In this document: positions 9,723 to 22,114 of the stretch, in pieces
Layout: each line of letters begins with the position of its first letter
Numbering within the stretch: position 1 is the first letter of the stretch
Made by a program: the position numbers and the translations under genes
The notes under the pieces: model-generated
What the model was told of the DNA's origin: nothing
Database searches by the model: none
The model's input: only the letters and a program-made list of their open reading frames with translations
Source: Spirogloea muscicola
Lineage: Eukaryota
NCBI GenBank assembly: GCA_009602725.1
Contig: WELB01000004.1
Coordinates: forward strand, 1,554,242-1,609,677
Direction: 5' to 3'
Length of the DNA stretch: 55,436 nucleotides

Positions 9723-12700
9723 GCGGCTCTGTGTGCGGCAGCGGCACTGGGGCCGGCCCCGGCGGCGGCGCTGGCGGCGGCGGCGGCGGCGGCGATGGCG
9801 GCAACGTGGCGGTGCTGGAGCGGGAGGAGGAGGAGGAGGGAGGGGGGGAGCGCCCGCAGAACCCCTTCCGGCAGTTCCTCCGCGACGCTCGGTGGGCTCT
9901 CGCCTCCCATAGCCGTGCCGGTCTTAACTAGAAGTTACTTGACTAGAAGTTATCGCAGCCCTGCCGTTTGGCGGAGCCGCTGACCCCCGCTAGAGCGTCG
10001 TCGCCACTATTTATCCCATCTCTCCTCCCTGCCTCCCCGTCCTCTCCTCCGTGAATATAGTTCGCTAATGTTGTCAATTACACCCTCTGTATGCACTTAG
10101 GCTGGCCATTACAGCCGCTCTCTTAATGTCAGCAGCCGCTGCCTTCCCTCCCTCCTCCCAGCCGCGCTGCAAGAGCCAGCCACGAGACAGTGAGGCGAGA
10201 CGAGGTCGGGCTCGAGATTGCCGCGCTAGCCCTGCCCGCCGCGCTCGCCGCCATGGCGGAGCCCGTTGCCCAGCTCACTGAGACCGCGTTCATAGCCCGC
10301 GCCGGTACTCGCCCCCCCTCCAACGCCCGGCGTCCACCCACGTCGTCGGTCGGTTGGCCATAGCCACGGGGAGTCAAGGAAAAGAGTTGGGTCTGCAGTC
10401 TGCCTGGTGGCAGCAGGAGCGGCGGAGGAGGCATGACACTCCCCCGTCTTGGCTTTGTGCGACGCCAGCTCGGCTCTGCAGGCCGATGAGCTGGGCGTCG
10501 AGGTCGCCGCGCTAGCCGTGCCGGCCATGCTGGCCCTGGCTGCTGAGCCCCTCGCGTCGTTAGTGGACACGTACTTCATCGCAGACCTAGGTACCCCGCC
10601 ATTGGGCCCGCATTACACAATCACAATTAAGTCATCTGCCCCTAAAGAAACTTTGATGTATCTTAAGCTGAAGTCACCTGGGTTCTCAGCTGCTCCTGAG
10701 TGCTTAGAGTTGTCCCCGTGCTACCCTCAATGACTCTTGGTATTCTGGTCCTGTCATCTCTCGCATGTTTCTGTTTGCTTGTGCGCCTGCGTTTTCCTTT
10801 GATGCTCTGCACCATCGCGCTCCTGCACGATTGATCAGGCTTCTATCAGTGTAATTGATTAGGTTGATTAGGTTTATCTATCAGGCATCACTGCAGGCTA
10901 AGTTGGCAGTAGCCGGATCTCACATGTGCAGGCCCAGTGGAGCTGGCTGCGGTCGGCGTGTCAGTCTCCATCTTCAACCTCGTGTCGAAGGTGTTCAACT
11001 TCCCGCTCCTTAGCGTCACCACGTCATTCGTGGCCGAGGATGGCGCACTGGGCGTGAACCTTGGCCGCGTGCCACTGAGGGGCCAACAACAGGGCCGGCA
11101 GGAGCTGTCGGCAACCAAGAGCTCTGGCCAGGACGACAGTGAAGCCCTTCTGCCGGCCGGTATGCAGCCCCCCCTCTCTTAAGGGCTTAGGGTTTACGCT
11201 CCGGGTTTAGGGTTCAGGGTTTAGGGGTTTACAATTTAGGCTTTAAGTAAGAGAAGCTGCCAGTCAATCAATCTGCTCTCATCAATGACCAAGCATGGTT
11301 TCACCTGGGAAAAGAGGTTTCTCGAAGAGAAACCTATCTGATAGCTCAACAGCACCTCGCTGTGTCTTAGCATCTATATGATTACCAAGGGTGAAACAAA
11401 TGTGGTGGCTTGTTACTCTCCCGCTAGAGATAGGTTCTTGGCTTCAAGCTGGGTCTGGAGAGAACTCTACACTCATGAATGCTCATCGGTGCTACCCCCT
11501 GATTATAGTGTTGATGACTTGAGCGAGGTGAAGTTGAGGTAACCTTGGCTTGGCATGACCAAGTCTGAGATTATGACACCTAATCAATGTTGATTTTGAA
11601 GCACATCATCTGTCTGCTCGGCCGCGCTTGTGCAGAATGGGTGCAGGCGCCAAGGCCCGTGGTGCCTGCCATCTCGGCAGCGCTCGTGCTTGCAACAGTG
11701 CTGGGCGTTGCCGAGGCACTCATCATGTCCCTTGCGAGCGGTCCGATTCTGCACGTCATGGGAGTTCCGGTGGTGAGCTCGGCCGCCATCTCAGTCTTTT
11801 GGCAGGTTGGCAGCCATCGGCCATGTGCTTTGAGAGGCGGTCATGGGGAGTGCACCTGATGCAGCCGGCTTCCGCTTGTGTCCTGTGCAGGCGTCGGCCA
11901 TGCGCGCCCCTGCGCAGAGCTACCTGAGCTTCCGTGCGCTCGGTGCACCCGCCGTGGTCCTGGCCATGGCCACCCAGGGCGTCTTCCGTGGCTTCAAGGA
12001 CACGCGCACACCCCTGTTCTCCACAGGTACTTCGTCATGTTGGCCTCTGCAAAAAGGTCTACATATAACGTGATGGACTCTTCTTGGACATGGAAGTTGA
12101 TCCTGAGAACTCAAGGGTTGAGTCAACACTCAGTCAACACTAGTATTAAGTACCTGTGTATAAATATATGATTATACGTGGTCTGAGCTTCCATGTTCCT
12201 GCCAAAGTGGGACTGGTCTTGCACTGGCAAAGCATGACTAGTGTTTCTGCTCAGGCTGGTCGGGGTGCAGTGCTTTATCGACATTGAGATTGCAGCACAG
12301 ACCCTGGACCCTTTGGCCAGTATGGTTTTGCACATCCAGAAGCTGACTCTCAGATTCTTTGTCCTATGACCAGTCGCTGGGAGCGCGGTGAACATCCTGC
12401 TGGATCCCGTGCTCATGTTTGCCTGCGGCCTGGGCATCAGCGGCGCCGCCATTGCCACTGTGGCATCGCAGTACCTGATCGCTGGCGTGCTCCTCTGGAG
12501 TCTGGCAGAGCGTGTCACGCTCCTCCCGCCGCAGCTCCGGGACCTGCGGTTTGACCGCTTCCTGAAGTCGGGTGCGTCACGTGCATGTGTCCTCACACGA
12601 GGAGTAAGGGTGGTGAAAGCCCTGAGCCTTTGCCTTATCTGGAACTGCCCCCTGAATGAGTATTTGTGCTCCAACTATGATCTAATTCGTATTTACTGGC

Positions 12701-14779
12701 ACGGCCAAGCTAACAACCATCTCATTGAGCTGCTTGCATAACTGCAAGAGCTGGGTCCTGAATCTTAGTGGAGTTTTAGTGACTGCTGCTGGAAAAGCAG
12801 GCGGCCTGCTGTTGGGGAGGACTCTTGCCCTCCTGTCCACCATGACGCTGGCCACGTCCATGGCGGCGCGCCAAGGCACGACGCCCATGGCTGCCCACCA
12901 AATCTGTGCCCAGATATGGCTTGCGTCCTCACTGCTCTCTGACTCGCTGGCCCTCGCTGGCCAGGTAGGCAACCCTAGCAGCTCTCTCCCATTCTCCTGC
13001 ATTTGTGCTAATAGAAGAGTAATTGCACCAGTGATCAGACTGCCGGCATAGACGGGCCCGGCATGTGAAATAAGAACCCAGGGTAATATTTAATATAGCT
13101 CTAAGTTGTACCGCTGTCAACCTCATCACTTGCAGTCTGATGAAAGTCTGCAGTCCATCTGTCTACTATGGAAATTCTGCTCTAGTCCTTGCTCTTTTTG
13201 CATCCTTGAGAGAGATTCGCGCAGTCTTCATTGACCTCGATGGCTCATAAGGTCGCACATACTTAAATTTGCTTTCAAATTTGCTTTGTCTTCTGACCTG
13301 TCCCACGTTGTGTATCACAAGCCAGACTTTGCTGGCGAGCTCCTTTGCACAAGGTGATGCCAGGAGGGTCAAAGCCATCACGTTCCGTACGCTGCAGGTG
13401 CCTGCCAGTCCCTGACCAGTCCCCACTCTCTGTGCAGTAGCTGAGCAAGACTGTACCTATGTACATCATAGCCTGCGCAGTTGCACTTGACTCCTATGAC
13501 TTGCCAAGCAGGAGCGAAGCCCAACAAAACAGCACACGGCACCTGCTCATACTGTGTGTGAGTTGCTACAATGTGCAGCTGGGCTTGGCCATGGGCTTGA
13601 CAATGGCAATCATCTTGTCGGTGGGTGCCAGTACCTTCCCCCGCATCTTCACACAAGATGCAGGCGTGCTCGCGGCTATGGCTGTCATCATGCCGGTACA
13701 GCAGATCACTGTCACTGCCCAATCTGCATCAGCATGACCCAGAAACTGTAGCGATGGCCTGCCCTACGCTCTACAGCTGATGTTGCATATTCTTGCACTT
13801 TTGTGCTAATCAAAGGACAAAGATGCCTTGCTTATAGGTGCAGGTTCATAGAGTAGGGTGTAAGGTAGGGGTCTAGGGTTCCTGATTTTGCTGCACTCAA
13901 GTGCCACTCTGACCATGGCATTGCGCCTCTTCCTCTTGTGCCAGTTTGTCGCTGCAACGCAGCCCATTACCTCAATGGCCTTCGTCTTTGACGGCTTGCA
14001 TTACGGTGCTTCAGACTTTTCTTACGCCGCAGTGGCCATGGTGAGCACAGAGCCTCGTCCTTGCCCCATCTGGAAATGTTTGTGCAGTAGGTGGACCTGA
14101 TGTTGCAGCCTCTAGCTTTGCACCTTATGATATGGAACATCGTTATGCTGAGATCACTTAAGCTTGATCACTTGGATCAAAAGTTGATCAATGTGGATGA
14201 GTACAGGCACAGTATGCCAATGGCAACCATTGGACAACACTGACATTGACTCGCCGTCCTGTTTGTTAGCATCACTCTCCAGCTGCCTGTCAGCAACATG
14301 CCCTCTTCTGCAGGCCATGGGGATAATTATCTGATGTGTGCAGCTTGGTTCTGCCGGCAGATTCTGTCGTCCATCCCGTGTGTTGTGGTGTTGCTAATGG
14401 CGCCCCACCTGTTTGGCCTTGCCGGCGTCTGGATGGGCCTCACACTCATCATGTCGCTGCGCATGTTCGTCGGCTTCGCCAGGTGCGCTCAGAGGCCTTC
14501 TTGAGCACCACAGCAGACTGAGAATTCAGGACCTAGAAAGCTACCCAACAATAACGACGCTACCCAACAATTCAGGCTGAAAGTGTGTATGATGGAGAAA
14601 GTGCTGTGGTCACGCAGCAGTGCGTGCTGGACGTGTAAGTGCTCGAACCAACGGCACCCAGTTGTGTGCACTTTGACTGCAGGATTGGCACAAAGAGCGG
14701 GCCATGGCGGCTCCTCAAGGGGGCGGAGCTGCCAGCTGTGTCACGGCCATCCTCACTCAAGGGCTTAAGGGTAGAGTAG
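9723..14779 (+). CDS. MATE/DETOXIFICATION efflux transporter, DTX42-45 (FRD3/AtMATE/DTX44-like) clade; 5' end uncertain
   Basis: Spliced exons give PFRQFLRDARSALQADELGVEVAALAVPAMLALAAEPLASLVDTYFIADLGPVELAAVGVSVSIFNLVSKVFNFPLLSVTTSFVAED, LRALGAPAVVLAMATQGVFRGFKDTRTP-type, AAHQICAQIWLASSLLSDSLALAGQ, FVAATQPITSMAFVFDGLHYGASDF and RIGTKSGPW motifs. Stop TAG at 14777-14779. Confidence 0.92.
11187..11241 (+). repeat. Degenerate plant-type telomeric repeat (TTTAGGG) in MATE intron
   Basis: ttagggtttacgctccgggtttagggttcagggtttaggggtttacaatttagg. Confidence 0.75.
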
Positions 14780-15818
14780 ATGGGGGCTACCTAAGCTCTC
14801 TGCTGATGTGCTAAGTATGATGTAAAGCCCCATTGGCTTCTGCTGCAGACCTTAAGTGATTACAGTGACCAGCGCTCACAAGCCAGTGGCGGCACCAGTG
14901 GATGATCTGTGTTGCGATGCATCAGGTGTACCTCAGCTGCTGGCATCCATGTCAGTCTTCAGTGTACAACTCTCTACCAAATCACAGCAATGATAGCAGC
15001 AAGAGGCGACTTCCGAGGCCGTCATGTGTGCTCGTGCTTGCATAGTTCACAGCAGCATGCAAGGCTCTATTTGCAAGGCCTAGGGGGTTTCTGGTGAAGT
15101 GCTACTCCGGTCCGCAACCTCAAGGGCGGGCGTCTGTTACGCCAACCGAGGCAAAGCGGTGCTTGGAGAATTAAGATGTGTATAAGAGGGCGAGGGTTTT
15201 ACGCCAGGAAGAAACAAATAGCACCATTGCATGGTGATGACACCGAAGGGCCACAGCGGACTCTGTGAGCCTCAACAAGAGGGGAGTCATGCTGCACTCT
15301 TATTCACAATGGCGATCTACATGCAGCCACCACAGAGCCCGGCAGTCCAGGTTGCAGCAATGCCTGGCAAGCGGCAGCGGTACAAATGGAGGCAGTGGAG
15401 TCTGGCACTGGGTTGCTCCATGTGTCATTGACCAGGCCGAGCTTGGTGTGGAGTGCGCCTCCATTATGCACCAGCCTGAGGGTGTGCCAAGTACTGTACT
15501 ATGACGAGCGCTTTGGCAGCTTGGCGCCGCAAGCAAAAGAAGAAAAGAATGGTGTGTGGCAACTCCCTCACAGGCCAACTGGCGGCGCCCATGACTTTTG
15601 TGCCAGATCAGTGCAGCCTGGTGTGAGGCCAGTCCTTCAGCTGCGCACAGGTCAGGTGCTGTGACCACCAGCTGCTGGATTGGCTGCTCAATGTGGCGTG
15701 CACCGTTGAGCTGCCTGTGCTGGTGAGCCGCCACAGCTGGCTCCGCAGCCTTACGGCCGTCATGAGAGCCAAGAAGGGAAGGAATGTGGGTTGGAAAGAC
15801 GGGCCTGCCGGGTGCCGT

Positions 15819-18800
15819 CTACTTGACTGCGCCAGCGGCAGTTCGTGACGGTGGTCCCGCGCACTGAGAGAGCTTGAGTGCCTTGCAGGTCGGCAGCGCC
15901 AATTTCACAACTTTGATCGGAGCGCCGCGCCGGAGCTTGCAGAAGCCATTCACCTTGCCCTGAGTTACCACACCCTCTGATGTGACCTTGATTCCAATCT
16001 GCCGTAGCTTGCGCATGTCACGGCCCGTGAGGGACTGCCACGGCGCGTCCCACCACGCATATGGCAGTAGCGGTGTCATGGCGCACTGCATCATGAACAT
16101 GAATGAACGGACTGGGTCAACCACCGCAGGAGACCATGTATTGGTTGCAACCCTTCTTAGTACTGGAACTAAGCAATGCAGCACAACAGCCAACAGTAAA
16201 CTTTCTAGCTTATGTTGTCTTTGACAAGCTATTCTCCTCGAGTCTCTACTCAATGCATGCTCATGACAACAAGACATGCATGCTGGTATACAGCCGCATG
16301 AAGGAAAGAAAGAGAGTACAAGGACAAGACCAGGTAGAAGAAGCATTAGGACAGCTCTAAACCAAGTCATTCATTCAACATGAGACGCTCATTCCCTGTT
16401 GGAAGAATTATGGCATTGCTACTACAGCTACCACTGTTGCTATGTTGGGGGGCTCACTTGGGCCGGCTGGCGCGGGCAGCTCAACGGCCCACCAAATGTG
16501 TGCCAGGCGTGGCCGCGGCCACCTTGCCGGAGTAGCCCGTGATCCAGCACCGCCTTGTTGAAGCAGCTCCAGAGGACAAAGCCCTTATTGTCGCCTTGGT
16601 CATCTGCACCCAAACTCTACATGAGTCCGAGCATGTGAATGAAAGCGATTTTGTGACATATTTGACGACTATTGGGAGCAGAAGTTAGAGGGAGATGTGA
16701 TAGGTGGCTGCCAAATGGTCAGGGACATGAACTGTCTAACACCAGATATTTACAATGTCTCAGCGAAGGCAGTTGTCACGCACTCAGGTTGTTTGCAGCC
16801 GCCAAGGATGCCACCAGTTGGGCATACGTCGTGGCCACCCGCCAGGCAGCCGAGGAGATCACCCCGCGCCGGGCTCGGGCAGCTAGGAAGAAATCAACGA
16901 GGGCCACCCACCTGGGCATTGGTCCCCAGTCCTTCTTCCTCTCGTCCGGTACTCGAAAGGAATCAGCATTCATCTTATCGTTCTCAGGATGCGCGTCCAT
17001 GTAGCCAGCGTAGTCAAAACTGATCACCTGCACAATCACGTAAAAACAGGCGCAATCCATGTGAGGCTCAGCGGTTCACACAACTACCTCCATGTTGGAG
17101 GGTGCGACTGCTGATATTGACTTCCAGCTCTCTGTAATCAAGAACCAATCAAGCCAACGAGAAGTCACTGCAGATCTGATGGTACCCCCCCAACTGTCAC
17201 GCTATCTCTTAGTTAACATTGGCAAGAAGCTGTCCCTCTCACACATTGAGATATTGAGAGGAGAATCTGTACCTCAGCAGACTTTCCAAATAGCCTTGTC
17301 ATGGTTGGTATTGTCGTAGGAGTATCAGAGACTATGACTAGCCGAGGTCGCCTGCCCTTAAGATATGGATTCGAGTCAATAGCTGTTTGCACACAGGAGG
17401 TTGCAGCTGCCAACGTTGTAGGAGATCTGCTCAAAGGCAATGTTATACTTAGCATAGGAGAATAAAGGCACAGCTTGCAGGCACAGAGTGATGAAATCTA
17501 CCGTGACTGACATATGGATGCTATGCTACGCACACCGGGCTCAGCACAAGCTTGCAAAACACACTGATCAGGTGCTATGCATGGCTTCTGTGACGAGCAA
17601 ACAAGAGATGCTGAAGCCTATGTACGAACTTGCTGTGCAGCATGCGCAGGTGTAGCACTAAATCAGGAGCCCTCCCGGACAGCGTCCAATCCACAGCTTG
17701 CTTTATCATAGGGGTGGGCTTGATAAGGACTCGAAGCAACTCTCCAAAAATATTAGGCCGAGAATCTGGATCCCATGGATGCCCCATCACTTGGTAAGCT
17801 CTGGCCCGCATGTTCAGGTTTCGGCTCTTCAAAAACCATTGCAACCCCACCGCATCAGATGCATCTGAGAACCTGCAGACAGGATTGACCAAGGGAAGGA
17901 GCTTACAAAAAGGACCTCCAATTGGACTCTTCAGAATAACACCACCGTACATATTCCACATAACAAACTTATACCAACTCAGATATCCTATTTCCTATCT
18001 ATGCACGTATGACACCATACCAGATGATGGGTTCAACCCATCTTGTCCAGTCTTCGCAGAGTACTTTAGATCGTGTCGGCTGGGCAAAGGAATCTATCCT
18101 CATGGTGAGTTCTCGACCATGGCGGCCCACACAGTCATGCAGTACCCAGAGCCGTTTCACCTCCCCCATGCTGAACATCTCTTGAGAGTAGAGTATGTAG
18201 TCGCCGAATGGAAACTTTGGCCTGCCTACCCTTACATCGTCGGGCACTGTTGACCTGCGTCAACAGCAGAGGTATTGAGGATCTGGTGACAAGACCGTAT
18301 GCAGTATGTCCAAGAAATGAAGACCTGCTAAGTATCCTTTTCAAGCTAGGAGGTTGTCAAGGTACTTAATGTGTTGAATACATTACTTGCCACAACACGG
18401 TGTTGGGACATGTCATCTATTAAAATTTCAAGAAAGGGAATTGCTAGTATACAAGAGAAGGAGCAAAGTGGAACGCACCCGTGCTCTCCTATAATGATTG
18501 ATCGGTTGAGGAGCATGGCAAGGCCAGCAGCAGTGACAGCTTTGTAGATATTGTTGCCTAATCCATCATGCTGACCTTTCCCAAGTACAAACCCTTGCTT
18601 GCAGAATTCGGAGCCTCGCATTTTACGCACTGTTGTAGCACCTGCATGAAAATAGGTAACAGGTGCCATGGCATGAGACCTACTCCATGATCTGTCAATA
18701 ATACATAGCAACCTAGTCTGATGCATCTCTCAAGAGTATACAATGGCATTGAGATATGAGGTGAAATGAGACTCTCCTCCTAGGGTTTGTCAAGCTCACC

Positions 18801-21392
18801 ATGAGCAGCAAGGTGTGATCTAATGAGCTTGCGGATCCTGAGACTGGCAGCCCGTGTATCTCCGGCTGCAGTAGCTCCCATTTCCTCCACATTGGCACAT
18901 TTTTTGGGTGGAGTCCAACGCTCGTGAGGTGGCTCAGGCGGCCAATACTCAGGAGGACTTGGGGGCAGCTTGAATTTGATCTTCACAGGCTTTCGCGCTT
19001 TACCTCGACTGGCCATTCTGGCTCTTCTTGCTCGTGAAAAATCCCCAGTCAGATCCTCTGCACGCAGGCCAGTTTCATCACCGCCTGCATCGGCAGCTAA
19101 CAGCCCGTCATCAGAGTCGTCCAGCTGAGACTCACCATCCAACATCTTGTCCCCCCTCTCTTCAGCCTCTTCCTTGTCAAAGTCAGCCTCAATCCTCTCC
19201 CTCTCATTTTCATTAGCACCACCACCATCACCATCACCCTTGTCCCCTTCCTCATCTTCCTTCCCAGCATAATCCACTGATTCCCAAAACCTGGTCAGCG
19301 CATCGGTTTCTGCAGCGGTGCAGTTCAGATAGCGCCAGCAGATTACTCAATCACCGAAGGCTCGACAGATTATGTCACTCCAGGAACTGATAACGGACAG
19401 AGATCTGGTAGACACTCTACTGTCACTCATCCTTCATCCTGCAAAAATCTACAACTTACTAAGCCCTTTGCAATAGATACACATGAAGCTGGTGACAACT
19501 TCACAGGGTCACAGGGGGGGGCACGCTTGAGCTATTGCAACAGTAGGAAGTCAGGTACCCTATTAGCTCTAGACCAGCACAAGCATGAGTGGATGTGATG
19601 CCTGAGTGTACTCACCATTGAAATCCTCTTTGGCAGCAGCTATTTCAGCAAGGATCTTCCTTAGCTCCTCCTGCTCCTCTTGTGTTATGACCTCAGGAGG
19701 GCCAGGTAATCCGAAACCCCCGACTTGAGGACCTATGTTAATACTCTTGACAGGGGCAACACTTGAAATGGAGAAGTTTTTCGCATTGGCAATGAAGCTG
19801 CTGCTACTTTTTACGTCCAGGACATCATTGTCATGCGGCGGCACGTCACTCGTGACAGCTTGAGTGAGCTGATCCTCATGGATAGGGCCTGCTTCTCGAG
19901 TACTGCTGGCCTTCCGGTCCTCGTCTGTCTTGTTGAGGCTATCTTGCTCAGCAACTTTGTCATCTGGTGTATCGCCAATCTGATCCTCAGCTGCATTCTC
20001 ACTTGTAAGACTGTCCCTTGACCCTCTGGCAACATCAGATTCCTGGCCCCCTTCCCCAGTATTAGCCTCATCCGACTGCTCACCGTCCTCACGCTCATCA
20101 ACCGTGCCATCAGCAGCCTCGTCATCAGGCCCCTTGTTTTCTGGTGCTTCGATATCAGTGGCATCCCCTTGGCCCTTGTCAGAGCGACTGCTCTCTTTCT
20201 CATTGTCATTGACATCTGCGACCATCTCAGATTGTGGATTTCCATTCGCTGCCTTTGCAAAGCCAGCCTCATCTGCCTGCTCGGCAGATGAAGCTGTCTC
20301 TCGTTCCTGTTCTTCCCCCTGCTCTTCCTCTGGTCTGGCATCACCATCTTTTCCTCCATTGTCATCTTGCTCCTCAGCGGCCTCCCCTGCCTTGTCATTC
20401 TCAGATCTATCAACAGCAGCTTGTTTGGTGCTAACATCACCCTCCTGTGCATTATCACTGTCACTGTCATCCCTCGAGTTATCAGCCATGCTCTCCTCAC
20501 CCATCCTCACGTCTGAGGTCTCACTGTCCTCGTCATTCTTCTCCTCGCCTGCAACCGCATGCCGCTCCCCAACGTTCTCATTGTCAACCTCCTCATCTGC
20601 TTGACCTTCATGAGCATCAGTAACTCGAAGAGCCGCAGTGGTGCCTTCTGGCGAGTCTTTTGTGCTTGATTCATCAACCTCTGCATCTGCATTTCCCCCA
20701 TCCTCATCAATATCCCCCTTGCCTTGTTCAGTCCTCTCGTCCTCGTCAGTCTCTCTGCGTACTTCTCCATCCTCCTTGTCAGCTTCACTACTAACTCCTG
20801 CACCAGCAGTCTTGTCCTCCTCTGCGCCATCATCCTCGCTTCCTCCTCCCTCATCATCTTCGTCTCCTCTCTTCTTGCCACTTGTTGGTGCACTTCCTGT
20901 CAAATACTGAGCTTTGCTATCGCTGACCAAGTCATCTTTCTCCATGGCTGTGAAGCCGTGCTCCAGCTGCTCTTGTTCCCCCGTCGGACGCCCTGCACCA
21001 TCCTCAGGCAGGCTTTCCCGAGGCAAATCAGCACGCCGAACAGCACCACCGAGCTCGATATTTTGACGAGGCTCCAGAGGCTGCTGATCAGTCTTCATTC
21101 TCAGTCCTCCTCTGCTACCTCCCAGCCTGTGAGCAAAATCTGGAGCATGCCGAGCTCCGAGCTCAAGCAGGGCATCGGCGGCATGGCCGTCGCTGCGGGA
21201 CTGCGAGACGAGCTGCTGGCCGTCCAGGGCGATGGCCGTGGAGGCCGGGCCATGCGAAAAGTGCACGCCAACCCAGGCGACGAAGATCACCACCCAGACG
21301 GAGAGGACGAGCCACCGGCTGTAGCCCTTGCCCTTGCGCGACAGCGGCTTGGCGCCGAGCGAGGCGTCCGCCGACGGCTTCCAGTACGCCAT
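15819..21392 (-). CDS. Type II membrane protein, AT3G26950-like putative (fucosyl/glycosyl)transferase with long acidic stem
   Basis: N-terminal TM (WLVLSVWVVIFVAWVGVHF), long D/E-rich region, then conserved plant domain GFVLGKGQHDGLGNNIYKAVTAAGLAMLLNRSIIIG / FPFGDYILYS / RPNIFGELLRVLIKP / PDLVLHLRML / PRLVIVSDTP / DWGPMPRWVALVDFFLAARA / CAMTPLLPYAWWD. Family match is from memory; transferase activity is inferred. Confidence 0.85.
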
Positions 21393-21729
21393 CCCCCCGG
21401 CCGCCGCCGCTCCACTCGCTCGCAGGCCCTGCTACCGGCTCATGTGGCCGCGAGGCCGCAGCCACCCGGCCAGCGACGCGCCGCACAGTCCGCCGCGCCT
21501 CGCGGCTGCGCAGAGCAGAGGGCCTTGGCCGCGGGCGCCGCCGCGGGGGCGCGCGGCGCGGCGGTCAAGTAAGGCCGGGCTAGCTATGGCTGGCTGGCGG
21601 GCCCAGGCGGGGGGGGCGGGGCCGGGGGTAGGGAGTGGCGGCAGGCTTTCAAAACGACGGCGAGCCGTTCCGGCTGACCGCCGAAGTCTGCTAGCGGACG
21701 TCGTCCGGTCCCCTTCTCTCCGCCCGCCA

Positions 21730-22113
21730 GATGGGAACCGATGGCGTGATGCCCTCACCCCGAACGAACGAGGTCCCCTGCACCGGCTAGCGCGCAGCGC
21801 AGACGTCGTTACCACGGGGAGCAAGCCGGTTTCACGGCGCCAGGCTCTTTCTTTTCCCCTGGCCCCCTTAGCGCTTCCCCTGGCCCCCTTCTCGTAACTC
21901 TGTTCATTCTTTTTCGGGCTGGTTGTTCCAGCCCCTATTCTCAATGGGCGAGCACTTTCTTCTTTCTCTTTTCGCTCGGCACACCTGGGGTGTTGGGCCC
22001 AAGTGGCGTCCACGGTGTCAACGCACTTCATCAGGGGGGGTCAGCCAGTACTGGCACCAGTCTCGGCGGGCGGGTCAGCCAGGGGAGGTGCCCGGGCTTC
22101 AACGCTGCCGGCT
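21730..22113 (+). mobile_element. Array of RLE retrotransposon fragments
   Basis: Degenerate ORF pieces (LHRLAR..RRRYHGEQAGF; GEVPGFNAAGS) and a 3' module at 21855-21965 that is nearly identical to the reverse complement of 2512-2600. Confidence 0.75.
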
Positions 22114-22114
22114 C

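Noticed and set aside
20104..21897. Long plus-strand ORFs (also 26847-27820 and 40428-40856)
   Set aside because: They are antisense shadows of low-complexity GC-rich coding exons.
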